Source: Carpediemonas membranifera BICM (Eukaryota; Protista; Fornicata). From it: 64,000 bases of DNA. The stretch covers positions 432,591-496,590 of the forward strand of contig JAHDYR010000002.1 of NCBI GenBank assembly GCA_019828565.1, in the 5' to 3' direction. The notes under the pieces are model-generated. The model was not told where the DNA came from. It did no database searches and was given only the letters and a program-made list of their open reading frames with translations. Positions 21,024 through 32,769 of the stretch are shown in pieces; position 1 is the stretch's first letter; every line of letters starts with the position of its first letter. The translations under genes and the position numbers were made by a program.

Positions 21024-22481
21024 CTACCAGAACGACCCCGACTGCTTCGACCCAGGCCTGGTCCGAATCCCAGTGCTCTGAGGCCGATCGCTCCCCACAG
21101 ACACTGATCCACAGTCGAACCTAATAGAGGAACGAAGGGAAGGCGACATCGGACGTGGGCTGTCATGGGCTGAGAGGAATGGCCGGTTGCGGGAGTCTGC
21201 CATCGTTGCAGAGACGGGAAGGAGGTAGTCACCTCTGGTCGGGTCGGCTCTGAAGGCGGCGGGGAGCTGGCTCGAGTAGTCGGGGTTGTACCCGACCTTC
21301 ACACTCTTACTGGCCTTGTCTGGCGGTGACACAGGCTCAGGAGCATACCGCGCGAGTCTCTTCCGACCGGAGATGGCAGCACTGAGGTCCGGGGTGGTTT
21401 GAACAGCGTCAGAGTCGGGGGAGAGGACGTCGTGTGATGCCTGGTCTATGTGTCGGCGTACTGAGCGAGATACTTCGAGATAAGACTCGGTAGAAACATC
21501 CATGTGCCCTTTCTTAAGCCGAGGCCGCTCAGGAGAAGCGATACTCTCCTGTTGGGCTGTGGCCACGTGTTTCTTCCCCATAATGGGTGCCTCGTATTCG
21601 GGCAGAGGTACTGGGTCTCGATGTGGCAGGAGGTGTGGCGGTGTGGCTGTCCGAGCCTGCTGTGCCCGGGGGAGGGCGAGGGAGGGGGACTGGGCGTAGA
21701 TCCTCTTGCCTGTGTTCACTCGTTTGATCGATGTGCGCTGGCTGCTGAGTTCACCGGTCTGGTTCTGGATGAAGAAGGATGGATCGTTGCCTCGGCCATC
21801 GGGGTTTTCATCCGTGGCAAAGGGTGATTGGGCACGCTCGGCGAGGGCCAGTGGGCGCATGTACTTCTTTCTGTGGTTCCTATCGCGGGTAGACAGGCCT
21901 GCTGCGGGTGTGAGGCGCGATGTAACAGGCCTAGGGGCGCTTTGGGGCCTGGATTCTTGATTTGCGACGTATGCGCGCTCGGGAGTTTCCCCACGAAGCT
22001 CTCGCAGTCTCATGCCAATAAATGCGCCGGTAGAGGGCGCTTCAGGGACGAGGCCAGGAATGTTGGCTCTGATGTGCGGCGAGCGTGGTGCCGCCGCCAG
22101 GGAAGGAGTAGGAATCGGCCGGGCTGAGGGCGCACTCATAAGTACAGAGTCTTCGGGTGACCGCATGATGTTCATCACACGCGGGAACGTCTCAGAGCGC
22201 GGCGTGGCTACGGCGAGGGGATCTCGAATCCGGTGCGGTGGAGAGTGCGGTGGCGTGGAGAACTCGTCGGTGGTAATTGGAACCTGCGATAGCTTACCTC
22301 CTGTGTGCACTGCCCGATTAACCCGTTTCCCTGAGCGGAAACTCTGCTTACGGTCCTTAGCACCGTCGTAGTCTAGGATCTCTCGAATAACTGTGTAACA
22401 GGCGGGGAAAAGGATGTGCTGGTGCATACCATTCAAATTCTGTCGCCAGACCATGCGCTTGCCTTTGGTGGACGGATCCAT
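21024..22481 (-). CDS. Hypothetical Pro/Arg/Ser-rich disordered protein with recurring GKR/GKK motifs
   Basis: 485-aa frame from ATG 22481; no globular domain recognised. Confidence 0.65.
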   Translation of the reverse strand: MDPSTKGKRMVWRQNLNGMHQHILFPACYTVIREILDYDGAKDRKQSFRSGKRVNRAVHTGGKLSQVPITTDEFSTPPHSPPHRIRDPLAVATPRSETFPRVMNIMRSPEDSVLMSAPSARPIPTPSLAAAPRSPHIRANIPGLVPEAPSTGAFIGMRLRELRGETPERAYVANQESRPQSAPRPVTSRLTPAAGLSTRDRNHRKKYMRPLALAERAQSPFATDENPDGRGNDPSFFIQNQTGELSSQRTSIKRVNTGKRIYAQSPSLALPRAQQARTATPPHLLPHRDPVPLPEYEAPIMGKKHVATAQQESIASPERPRLKKGHMDVSTESYLEVSRSVRRHIDQASHDVLSPDSDAVQTTPDLSAAISGRKRLARYAPEPVSPPDKASKSVKVGYNPDYSSQLPAAFRADPTRGDYLLPVSATMADSRNRPFLSAHDSPRPMSPSLRSSIRFDCGSVSVGSDRPQSTGIRTRPGSKQSGSFW

Positions 22482-22791
22482 TAGAAGAAGCAAGGCTGTT
22501 CAGGTGTGTTGCCCAAAAATTTGCATGAAAAAAATGTATCAGCGTTTTGACACTCTGTAAAGGCTTTTCTGACCCTGCGTCGCGGCTAGATCGCTATGCT
22601 ATAAGTTTCCTGAGTTTTCTTTGGCGGTCTTCTGGAAAAAGTGTGGCTGACCAGAAACCGCTTTGTGGGCCTCAAGAGACGATCAGAACGCAAGGCAGTC
22701 AACAAATGACTGGTCGCGATCGCAGGAACCGGCATCCATAAACTGCCCGGGAGTCGCGAGTTGTGCGCAATTTGTGAAGCCGCTTCATCGA

Positions 22792-23706
22792 ATGGCTCCC
22801 TCGACGCTTGATGGCCATTCAAACACTGCCCAACCTATGCTAGCGAGCTTTATCAGTGAGAACATGATAGAAGAGCTCAAGACAGCGATCCTCCAGCTCA
22901 AGCAGCCGACGTGGGCCTCGATGTCCATCCACGGGATCCCCGCGTACGTCATGCGCAACGAGGTCCTTCGTCTCCTCTCCGAAGGCATGCTGGACTTCTC
23001 TGAATCCCCCACCGAGCCCAAGGATCCACGCAACGACACGTCCACCGCCTACGACACCCTTGTCGACTCTCCCCTTCCAATGACTCCGGTCGAGGTCCAC
23101 AACGCCGCCAAGACGAAGCGTGCCGCCACAGTGAGCCCCACTGCGAAGCGTGCCCGAATCGACTTGACACCGACGCTTGAGCCCACCTTGGTCCACCTAC
23201 GCACCCTCCGCCAGACAGCAGCGGACATGGATAGGTTTGAAGAACGCCGGGTGTTTGAGAACCTTGCTGGCCAGGTGAACACGCTATATAGCCGCCTGCT
23301 GTGCCGTTCTGACCTGACCGAGCAGGACAAGGCTGCCCTAGCCGTTCTAGTCCCCGCTGTCGAGCAGTTCTTCTCCATGGACGCCGCTGACGGTGGAATT
23401 GAGGACCGTATGCGGCAGACCCTGCTTCTCTTGGGCCGGCCGTCGACAATCCCTGCCCCACTGTCTCCGTCGAACGAGCAGCACGTCACACCCACCCCTA
23501 CGTCTTCGTTCAGGTCTGTATGTTCATCCATGCGCACTGCTAAGCGGCCCCAGGCGGAGTTTGAGGAGACTGCGGCGGATGATATTGCTCTGCTGCAGAG
23601 GGCGGTGGTGCTCGGTGTCGACGATATCACAAGGGTGGTGGCCGCCGCGGAGATGCGGGTGGGCGTCTCCCGGCGTACCGATGCATTCATTCTTGCCAAC
23701 TCCTGA
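22792..23706 (+). CDS. Hypothetical protein
   Basis: ~300-aa frame from ATG 22792 with coding-like composition. Confidence 0.6.
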   Translation: MAPSTLDGHSNTAQPMLASFISENMIEELKTAILQLKQPTWASMSIHGIPAYVMRNEVLRLLSEGMLDFSESPTEPKDPRNDTSTAYDTLVDSPLPMTPVEVHNAAKTKRAATVSPTAKRARIDLTPTLEPTLVHLRTLRQTAADMDRFEERRVFENLAGQVNTLYSRLLCRSDLTEQDKAALAVLVPAVEQFFSMDAADGGIEDRMRQTLLLLGRPSTIPAPLSPSNEQHVTPTPTSSFRSVCSSMRTAKRPQAEFEETAADDIALLQRAVVLGVDDITRVVAAAEMRVGVSRRTDAFILANS

Positions 23707-23778
23707 GTCTTTTCTGTTTAAAAATAGTGCTCGTCACGCCGTGTTTTTTAAAAGTTACATGAGTATTATAAATAGCAC

Positions 23779-24717
23779 TCAACCCGCCCCTACGGTGGAG
23801 AAGAGGGTCAGGGGTAGTCCGAGGGCCAGGACAACGATGGCTAGCACCAGGATGACGAGCAGTACGCATATGATGATGTATATGATCTTACGGCCCTTCT
23901 TTTGGTGCTTCGCAGCCTTTGCCAGCTGCTTCACGCCCTTCTCGACGTGGTCCTTCGCTACTGAGATGTTATCGGCCACGTGATTGAGGGTTTCACTCTG
24001 CTGGGCAACGAGGAAGAGGAACTGCTTGTGCATGTCGTGGAGCTCCTTGATGGACTGCGTCAGCTTCACAATGTCCGCATGCCGCTCCTTCGCCTCCCTG
24101 TACGCGTTCACCACCTCTGAAGAGTTCCCGAACTCCTGCTGCATGGCCTGATCGAAGTCGGGATCACCGCTCATGACGCCGTCGACCACCATCTCGACCC
24201 TATCCTCGGGGATGGACATATCAGCGATCTGGATCTGCCGCTTCAGTTGCTGGCGGAAGGCCTCGCGGTTGGCGGCCTGCATCTGTTGGAACTGAGTCAC
24301 CACGCGGACCATCTCTCGGGATGTATAGTCGTAGACGTTCTTACGGGACCGGAGCTCGACGTCAGTCTCGGGCCCGTCGTAGTTCTTGATCATTAGATCC
24401 ATCTGCTTGAGTGTCTTCGTCACGAGGTCGATCTTGTTACGACATTCCATCGTTTCGCGCTGGATTTGGCTTTCACTCGAGCCTGCTAAAACGTCACTGA
24501 TCCTGATCGACGAGCTATCCCGTTTCTGTGCCTTAACGATGTTCTCAATATGCTTTTCGATCCGCCCAAGCGTCTTCTTCGCCGTATCGGCGAGCTTCGA
24601 GAAGTCGTCGCCGTACACATCCGCATCCTCCTCGTCGAGGATGTCAGGGAGCCCTACTTCTACATCTATTTGTTCCACATCCGCGGTAGCGCTGCGCAGA
24701 TCAGCGAAGCGGTTCAT
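23779..24717 (-). CDS. Syntaxin (Qa-SNARE, plasma-membrane type)
   Basis: MNRFADL N-peptide, Habc region, SNARE motif ERHADIVKLTQSIKELHDMHKQFLFLVAQQSETLNHVADNI, C-terminal TM. Confidence 0.93.
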   Translation of the reverse strand: MNRFADLRSATADVEQIDVEVGLPDILDEEDADVYGDDFSKLADTAKKTLGRIEKHIENIVKAQKRDSSSIRISDVLAGSSESQIQRETMECRNKIDLVTKTLKQMDLMIKNYDGPETDVELRSRKNVYDYTSREMVRVVTQFQQMQAANREAFRQQLKRQIQIADMSIPEDRVEMVVDGVMSGDPDFDQAMQQEFGNSSEVVNAYREAKERHADIVKLTQSIKELHDMHKQFLFLVAQQSETLNHVADNISVAKDHVEKGVKQLAKAAKHQKKGRKIIYIIICVLLVILVLAIVVLALGLPLTLFSTVGAG

Positions 24718-25009
24718 CCAACGTCAAGATGTTGTTGGGTCGGATACGACCCAAAGCCCGCTGGAAATAGGCACGCGGAACAGAGGTACCGGGCGGCTGT
24801 GGAAGGGCAGCGTTTGGGTGGGGTAGGCGGTTGATACCGTTTTTCTTTTCTTTGCGTCCGATTCAACCAATATTTGGTGATCGATTTGCCACCGTGGTAA
24901 AAATGGCCTAACACAGAGTTCCGCAGCTCAAACAGTCATTCTGCGTCTTGAATCCTGACCAAGCAAACCCAAACGCAGGTTATGCAAGCATCGTCGACGG
25001 CGGAACCCA

Positions 25010-28000
25010 ATGTCTGAACAGGCAGACAAAGAGAGGGAAACTCTTTGGGCACTGGCCAAGGACCACTTGCCAAACGATCAATCGCTACTTCGTCTGATTT
25101 CCTCGTCGTTGCAGCTTCATTTTGATCGTGGCTACTTCAAAAGGGCCCTCAGCCATGATAGGCTTGAAGCTATCCAGTATCTACAACGCTTCTATCCCCG
25201 TATACCTGCTGAAGACGCTGCGAAGTGCCAACAGTTCATCCAGACCGGCATAGACGTCCTCTCATCCGACAACGTCCGCTCCCGCGCAATGAGCAACCTA
25301 TCCAAGCACGTAGACAGCCTCACGGGCCGCAACATCCTCCCCTCCATGCCTGCCCCCCTCAAGCCCCTCCTCGAGGCCCCCACCCCCGCCCCCCGCCCCG
25401 CCCCGTGTTGTTGCCCCCTCCGCTCCGCCACAAGTCGATACACTCCTCCCAAACATGGCCCCTATAGACGCAGTGATGCTCGGTGCTGGCGGAAAGCCGC
25501 CCTACCTCGCCATCCTGTCCGACGGGTCGGAGGCGATCATGGCCATCCTGAACTCCGCGGGAGGGGTCGAACACAAGCTGTACACTGCCCCAATCGGTAT
25601 GCTGAAGAACGTACGCATGGTAGTCCGCAACGACCCGGCGGGCCATGCCTATGTCCTCTGGTACACCCCCTTCTCACTCTCCCTGTGCCGGTTCAACGTA
25701 GGCCACACCTCACCAAGCGTCAACGCGACAGAAGCAGTGGGCGATGTACTCAGTCCGATCGCCCATGCGGACTTCCACTTCGTACCAGGCACAAGCACCA
25801 GCGGAGAAGCCCTAGGTTTCCCTCGAATCATGGTGGTTGGCACTGATTCAGTCGCCCACGTCCTTTCCATGGAAGGCGACACCAAGCACTGCAAGCTAGT
25901 CGCCCGCGATGCTTCCACCAACAGATTCGAGTCCGCCCGAGGCATCGAGGCTCGGTACTGTGCTGTGCTGCCAGGCGCTCCCAACCAGGCTGAAGTCTAC
26001 CTCATAGACTACGGAACGCTCGCCGGATGGACGCTGAGAGGCAAGCAGCACCAGACAGGCCACCATCCCCTGCTCGGGTTCAGAGGGGCGGGCAACCTCT
26101 CACACCATATCTACCCCATCCGAAGCACCTTCGCTGACGTCATCCTTATCGGCCCTTGCCGTACATCTGACACTACCGCGTGTTTAGTCAAGCTATTCAA
26201 GCGAGAAAACACTCAACACCCCGTCGGCGAGGCAAACTTTTACACTACAAAGAGCAGTCTCGATTTCGTCGTCAAGACTGGCAGTGTCAGGCCCAATGTC
26301 TCGGCGCTAGACCTAGCCAGCGGTGGTCTCATCATATGTGTCTGGCTCGCTGACCACGCGCTCGTCTACCTCACCGACGAGGTGGGTCGAAAGCTCTTTT
26401 ACAACCCCATATGCGTAGATGCCAAGACTGACGAGCGGCTCTTTGACTTGAGAATCACGCAAGATAGCGTCACGATTCTTTTCAAGAAAGCTGCTTCCAT
26501 CCACCAAGCTACTTTCCGTATCGAAGACCTCCGCTCCAAGCACAAGGATAGCGTCTCGCTTGTCCACATCAAGCTGTTCGACGTCCTTCCCCACATTTCA
26601 GGCCCGAGAAAAAGCCTGCCCGTCCCCCCGGAAAAGAGGCCGCCCGTGGCTCGACCCGAGGCCCCTACACTCCGCGGTCCCACAGAGCTCAGGGCAGAGG
26701 CCATTGCAGTGAGAGAAACCGCCCAAGTCATCAGACAGCAGTCCTACTGTCGCAGAGACGGTCGGTTCAACGCCCCCACTGAACTCCTACCTATCAAACC
26801 AGAGGAGTTCACAGTCATGGGCCCTAGTGCCGTGGCGTATAAGGTCCCAAGTCCTAAGGACGTGGTCGAGGGTGACACACGGCCCGTGTACGAGAGACAT
26901 AGCATGCGTGTGGCCGTCCCAGTCAAGGATAAGGCCACAGGTAGGGTTAGCGTGATGTGTGGAGACATACGGAGACTCGCAGAACACCCGAGCGGGCTGT
27001 ACGTCACTGCAGCTATGCAAGTCTTCGCCCCAATGAACGACATCACCGAGTGCAGTTTTACAGATGTCGAGGTGCACTTTAAGACTCAGCCCAGTGACCT
27101 CCGTGTAAGAACGCTCATCGTCCTCGCATTCTCTGAAAACCCCACTCGTACCACGATCATGGCCTTCAGAGATCGGGGCAAGGACATGACTCCCCGCCAA
27201 AAGGGGGGAATGGATCCGATTGCTCCAGGTTTCACAGACAGCGTGAGCGGCCGCCTCACCTTCGTCCCGTCATCTGCCCAAGCTGCTTTCTTCCTCTCAA
27301 GCACAGGGCAGGCATACAGCCTTGTCCTCGGCGCCGAGCCCCAGTTGTCCGAGGGCGTTCCTCTCGCCAAGGCCATTCCACTCCAAGCCCCTATCATTCA
27401 GCAGCACGCGTTCTCCACTTCTGTTTTCGGCAACGGCCGCTTGCTCATTGGAGCAGTGAAGAACCTCCTCCCGTCATTCAGTGCCATTTTCCCCTCGTAC
27501 CAGCCCTTTGCCCCAGTCACTCGCAGCGATTGGATCTCTCTCAGCGTCTCTTCGCCAGACTTCTCAGCACCTACTGTACGCTATCTTGACGAAAGCGTCG
27601 TCTGTGACAACTATCTGATGCTCCACCGCGGCACGCAGAACCCCGCCACAACACATAGTGACCTCAACCAGGGCATGTCGCTCATATCGCCCAAGCGAGA
27701 GGTGTTGTTCTTCCAAGGGCGACACCTTGCCGTGGCAAACAGAGTACTTCCTTCTTTGGACAGAGAACTTGTCGCTTTTGAACTGGATGATGAGGTGCTC
27801 GACGCTGCTTTTCTCGTGATCACTGCAGACATTATCGTTGTCACCAAGATTGGCACGATTTACCGCATCCCGTTCAAGAAATTCCGCCTGACCCCAGGCA
27901 GCGCCGGGGTTTCTATCCCCACTGACGGCACCATTGTCGGAAAGGTCATCAAGCCAGGCAAGCAAGGGACGCCGATGAAGCTTGACCGGGCGACTATCAG

Positions 28001-28115
28001 GGTGCAAGTGTCCGACCTTGCGTGGGAAAGGCTGGTAGTTGAGGTCGTCATCACTGCAGTTGAGCAGGACGGGACCGTTGCTATCGGGTCCGTCGTCTTG
28101 GATAAGAGAGAGTGA
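25010..28115 (+). CDS. Probable single ~1030-aa gene split by a frameshift in a C-rich tract (~25380-25405); possible LisH/CTLH-like N-terminus + beta-rich body
   Basis: ORF 25010 reads sensibly to PLLEAPTPAP. The frame of ORF 25455 is open upstream (RVVAPSAPPQVDTLLPN-M) back into the same C-runs. Confidence 0.6.
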
Positions 28116-28345
28116 TGTTGGCTTAAATTAATATTAAGGGGGTTGGATGGGCTAGCGCGGGTTGGGGTGGAAGCATAGGCGTGATGCTGCAACAGTGGCT
28201 CAACTGAGGATAGACTCGTTGAAACTGAGGAGAGACACGAGTGCTCGAGATCGAAACAGTGGCCCCTGTTGACAAGGCGATCCTGGTCGACTTCGACTGC
28301 GGCAATGGTCCAAGTCAGTCGGGCGATCGAGTCATCTCGAAGACG

Positions 28346-30442
28346 ATGGCTGTTCAGGAACCTTTTCAGCAGCTGGACGCCTGCATTAACGATGTTGATA
28401 CTGAGATTGCTAAGCTGAACGGCATGGTGCTTCCAGACGAGGAGATCGATGCCCGCCTCGCCTGAATGGACACCTCTCGCGCTCGCTTAGCCGCCATGCG
28501 CTCCTCAGGGCCCAAGAGCGGCAGAGGCGTCCAGCGTGACGCAATGAGTGGCCTGAATTCCGCCATGTCGCGCGACTATGCGGATTTGCCAGGCGACATT
28601 CCCACTCTCATGCGAGAGGCCTTCACTCGCGAGATCGGCGAGGAGTTCCCGGACGAAGACGGTGATGCAAATCAGGCCACAGCCGAGGAGGTGACTAGCG
28701 CGCTCTTGGCCCTCGACCTCCACCATCGCAGTGCCATCAACTTTGTCAACCGGGTTGTCTCGATACTGTCACACGCCTCCCCCCCGCTGTCCATGAACAG
28801 ACCCATGATACCCGGCGGCACTGATTCCTTGCCACATTCTACAAACGATGCGCTTATCTCCGCATTCCGTCTTTCAGTCGCCATCACCGCCTCGATCCCC
28901 GGGGACGTCCCCACATTGCTCAAAGAGGCCTTCTCCAGGCACTTCGACGAGCAGATGCCCGCGATCCACGACGCAGAGACCACAACTACACCGACCAGCG
29001 CCGCATCGCTCGATTCCCTCACCGCCATGCTCTCCGAGATCCCCCCTCTCGCGCCAGCCGCGCAAGTCCTCCTCGACCGCGCCCGCTCGATCATCACCAA
29101 CGGCCCCCCGCTGTCCATGAACGTCGAGCTCGCGGCGGGGCAGGAGCTCCCGGCCGCCCTGCACACGCTCAACCAGGGCGCGGTGTGGGCGTGTCTGCTG
29201 GGTGGCGGGGCCAACCCAGACCTGAAGGACAGGCTGCTGGAGTATTATCCAGAGGACTGGGCAGACGCCACCGAGATGCATCACAAGATCCGCGACGCTC
29301 TCACCCCCGAGGGCAAGTGCCTCTGGTTCCTCTGCCGCAAGTTCTTTTTCACGCTGAACGTCGCCGAGAAGGACGGCGAATGCAATCAATACTATTGGCG
29401 AGAAAGATTCTACCACCACCGCATGTACATGGGCCGACTCTTCATGCTCTGCATTGATGATTACGACACCTCCTTCACTAGGGCCAGAATGCCCAGGGCC
29501 CTCGAAGTCTGTATCGAATGGTCAACCTACATCGCCAGGACGCCCAAGGGCCTGTGGGGCTGGGGGGAGAACAAACATGGTCAGCTGGGGTTCGAGTCAT
29601 CATATCGCGAGTTCGTTGACCTGACCCGCCTCATCTTCCCCGCCTGCCCCGCGGTCGCGGAACTTGAGGCCAGCCTGCCCCCCTGGGAGAAGCACAGGAT
29701 GGTGACTGCTTTGTCGATGAAGGGATATCAGACGTTCATCCTCACCCCAGCCGGCACTGTCATGGCCGGCAGTGATGCTCAGAGATATGTCGGCCCAGTC
29801 AAGGTGGAGAACGTGTATCACTTCAACCCAGCCGCTGTGCCACCTGGCTTTGTCCCAGATCATATCATGCAGGGTAGCAGAGTTGCCATCCTCTCCATGG
29901 GCGATCGGCAGATGATCGGCGGGAGCAATTGGGATGGCCGCCTGGGACTCGGGCACGAGAATGAGATGACCGGCTTCGACTTGCCCTTCAGGGTTGACCG
30001 GATCATGTCCGAATGGTTCTTCAACATATTCCTCAGCGGCCGCCAGCTGCTGTTCGCCGGCGAAGTTCGCAAGCATATCGCCCAGTCTGGCCTGCTGCCA
30101 GGATTCAGTCATGACGACAATTGTCTCACACCCACCCCGCTCCGGTTCCCTGAGAGGGTCAAGGGGTTCTTCATATCACGCCAAGAGCTGATCTGGGTCA
30201 CAGAAGGCAAGAGCCATTATTGTAAGTGTGATGCTGAACCCATCATTATCCCCTTCGAGGCGACAGCTTTCAGCAGTTGCAGCTTCTGTAAGTGCGGCCA
30301 GTGGTTCAGGCCGTTGAAAGACTTGGATGAAGCTATTGAGATGGAAGACTGCGAGGCGCCGCCTCGTTCAGATGTGCATATGATCGTCACCGTCGACGTC
30401 GATCCGTGGACCCCGGACGCCGAAGAGTCGACTGAATTGTGA
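28346..30442 (+). CDS. RCC1-like propeller family, copy 3; in-frame TGA at 28463-28465 (TGG in copy 2), intact 658-aa ORF from the next codon (ATG 28466)
   Basis: 5' part matches copy 2; 3' end matches copy 1. Confidence 0.75.
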
Positions 30443-31015
30443 AGTGATATTGACTCCAGCTTGAGTCGGGTCTGAGTCTGCTTCCGAGTTATATAGTTAG
30501 TTATATAAAAATCGCAGTTCAACACGACTGCCGTCCGGAATGCCTGGGTATGACTCGCCAAAGAGTCTCCACTCCAGCATGTCTCTTTTGTCGGAATTCT
30601 CGCTTGTCAGCAGCACTTTTGCATTGCCGACTCTCTTCCAGACCCCAGGAAAAATTTAGAAATGCGGAGGCTATTTCTATTCACATAACTCTCACCCCTT
30701 TGCAGCTATCTGAAGCAGGCTGGCAGCGACACTGTCATCATGAGCCCCATGAAGAGACTCCAGTCGCCGCAGGAGCACCGCCCGGACCTCAGGGGTGTCC
30801 CCGTAGTAGCGAGCAGTGCCTCTTCGTAGCCACTGACCACTGGACCATCGCCATCCGGTTGAGCCAGGCCGTCTATGCCCTGGAGGGTGTCGGCCATGGC
30901 ACGAATCCATCATCTGCCTGAGTCCGTTGTCACCGACACCGAAGCTTCAGGATGGTGGTTTGTCTTACCGTGCACGTCACAATGCTGCCCGAGCATAACG
31001 CCGTTTATCAATTGA

Positions 31016-32440
31016 TCAGTCCTCCTCGGCCTCCTGCTCCTCGGCAGCCTCCCGCTTCCGCCTGATCTCAGCCTCGTCCTCAGCGGTTGGGTCGTTCTGC
31101 TCGTGCATGTCGACCACAGGCGTCATCAGCATCGGCACTGGAGGCAGGGGCAGCAGCTGGCGCTTGAGACCGTCGCCAATGTAGACGCAGGCGTACGTCT
31201 TGGCCTGGTTGGTCGCGACGACCATGGCGCCGGGCCACACGGTGTGTTTCAGCATCACCACCTGGCGAGCAGCACTCACCAGGCCGAGCTTCCTCATCTG
31301 CCACATGCCCTTGCCGTCCGCGGTGACTGGGCTGAGCGCGGCGGGCCTCTTGCCACGGGGGGCGAAGACGTCCTCCTCAGCGGCAGTCAGAGGGTCCTCC
31401 CAACACGCCAGGGCGGCCGCCTGACGCTTCACAGCGGCGAAGGGGTCGTCCTCGTCATCATCTTCCTCCTCCTCGGGCTCCTCCTCCTCCTCCTCAAAGG
31501 AGGACACCTTGCCGTTCTTATAAATCATGTTCCGGACATGCACCCAGGAGTCTAGTGAGTCAATGCCCTCAGTACCAAGCCACTCCTCGTCCAGCTCTGG
31601 GGCGACGGGCTCGTCAGGCTCGGCCTCGGGGTCCGTCATGTACATTCCCTTGGGGTGAACCACCGTGCTGAAGGCAATGCGGGCTAAAATGCACCTCATG
31701 TATCCAGCCTCACCCTTGTTGATGGGCAGCTTACGGCCGAGGTCGCCCGAGAGTCTGTACGCCATGTAGCGGGACTGGCACAGCATGAGCGGGGTCAGGT
31801 CGGGCAGACGCGTCCACGTCTCGAGGTCGATGGAGACAAAGTATGCGAACTCATTGAGGCCGGTACCGCGCTCGTCGGCGGCTGGAAGGCCCTTGGTGCG
31901 GGGCCCGACCTGCTTGGCCGGGGGACCGGGCGGGACGGTGGATTCAGACTCGGCAGGCTCAGCCTCCTCCTCAGCAGCCTCCTCCTCGGCTTCCTCCTCA
32001 GGCTCATCGTCATCGGGCTTGGCCTCGAGCACATAGTAGGCATAGTAGGGCTTGTTAGACGTCGCTTCCAAGCGGCCGAAGAACCGCAGATCGGAGCAGG
32101 GCTTGCTCTTCACGAACTTGTGGATGGCGACAGCGATGCGGTGGCACTCGGTCTCGGGCAGGTGGACGCCATGGCGTGAGAGCATGCCGAGCGTGTCCAT
32201 GATAGAGTCGAAGGGGACCTCTGTGGGGTCCTCTTCCTCTTCAGGCTGCTCCTGCTCTTCTTCTTCTTCGTTTTCCTCGCCTTCAGCGGGCTTCTTCTCA
32301 GCCTCCTCGGGCTCTTCGACGGGAGCGGCATTCTCGGGTTCGACAGGGTTGTTGATACGGTTCCAAAGGCTCATAATGTCGTCCTTAGACTCAACATTCA
32401 GCTGTACAACTAGACGCACAAGCTCTTGAAGCTCTTCCAT
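31016..32440 (-). CDS. RSPH4: Flagellar radial spoke head protein RSP4/6 family
   Basis: Motifs LRFFGRL, YYVLEA, ERGTGLNEFAYFV, WTRLPDLTP, YMRCILARI, WVHVR, VWPGA, VYIGDGLK, separated by acidic tracts. Confidence 0.92.
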   Translation of the reverse strand: MEELQELVRLVVQLNVESKDDIMSLWNRINNPVEPENAAPVEEPEEAEKKPAEGEENEEEEEQEQPEEEEDPTEVPFDSIMDTLGMLSRHGVHLPETECHRIAVAIHKFVKSKPCSDLRFFGRLEATSNKPYYAYYVLEAKPDDDEPEEEAEEEAAEEEAEPAESESTVPPGPPAKQVGPRTKGLPAADERGTGLNEFAYFVSIDLETWTRLPDLTPLMLCQSRYMAYRLSGDLGRKLPINKGEAGYMRCILARIAFSTVVHPKGMYMTDPEAEPDEPVAPELDEEWLGTEGIDSLDSWVHVRNMIYKNGKVSSFEEEEEEPEEEEDDDEDDPFAAVKRQAAALACWEDPLTAAEEDVFAPRGKRPAALSPVTADGKGMWQMRKLGLVSAARQVVMLKHTVWPGAMVVATNQAKTYACVYIGDGLKRQLLPLPPVPMLMTPVVDMHEQNDPTAEDEAEIRRKREAAEEQEAEED

Positions 32441-32769
32441 CCTGTTGTCTTGTTCTTTCTCATGCGAAAATTCTGTTACACGAGCCTATATAACACATAT
32501 AAATGTGTCATTCGTCATGGGTCTGGGCGTCAAAGATGATGAACACGCACTGTTTTGACAATCTACCTCGGCCAGGCCGGGTGTTGAAGGCCCAACCCTG
32601 CACACCAGATGATGCTCGGGCAGCTTGACGATAGTTATCTGATGGAAAAACCAAGGATGATGTGCGGTGTGGTACATTGAAACGCCTTCTCAGGCCATTC
32701 TTAGGAATTACGTACCGGTGCGTAAATTCGTAAATCGGACAACAATCCCGATCCGAACCAAACTGCTGG

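Noticed and set aside
30550-30921. Small ORFs 30550-30921 and 15838-16161
   Set aside because: They start in family flank sequence and show no recognisable domain; not supportable as genes.
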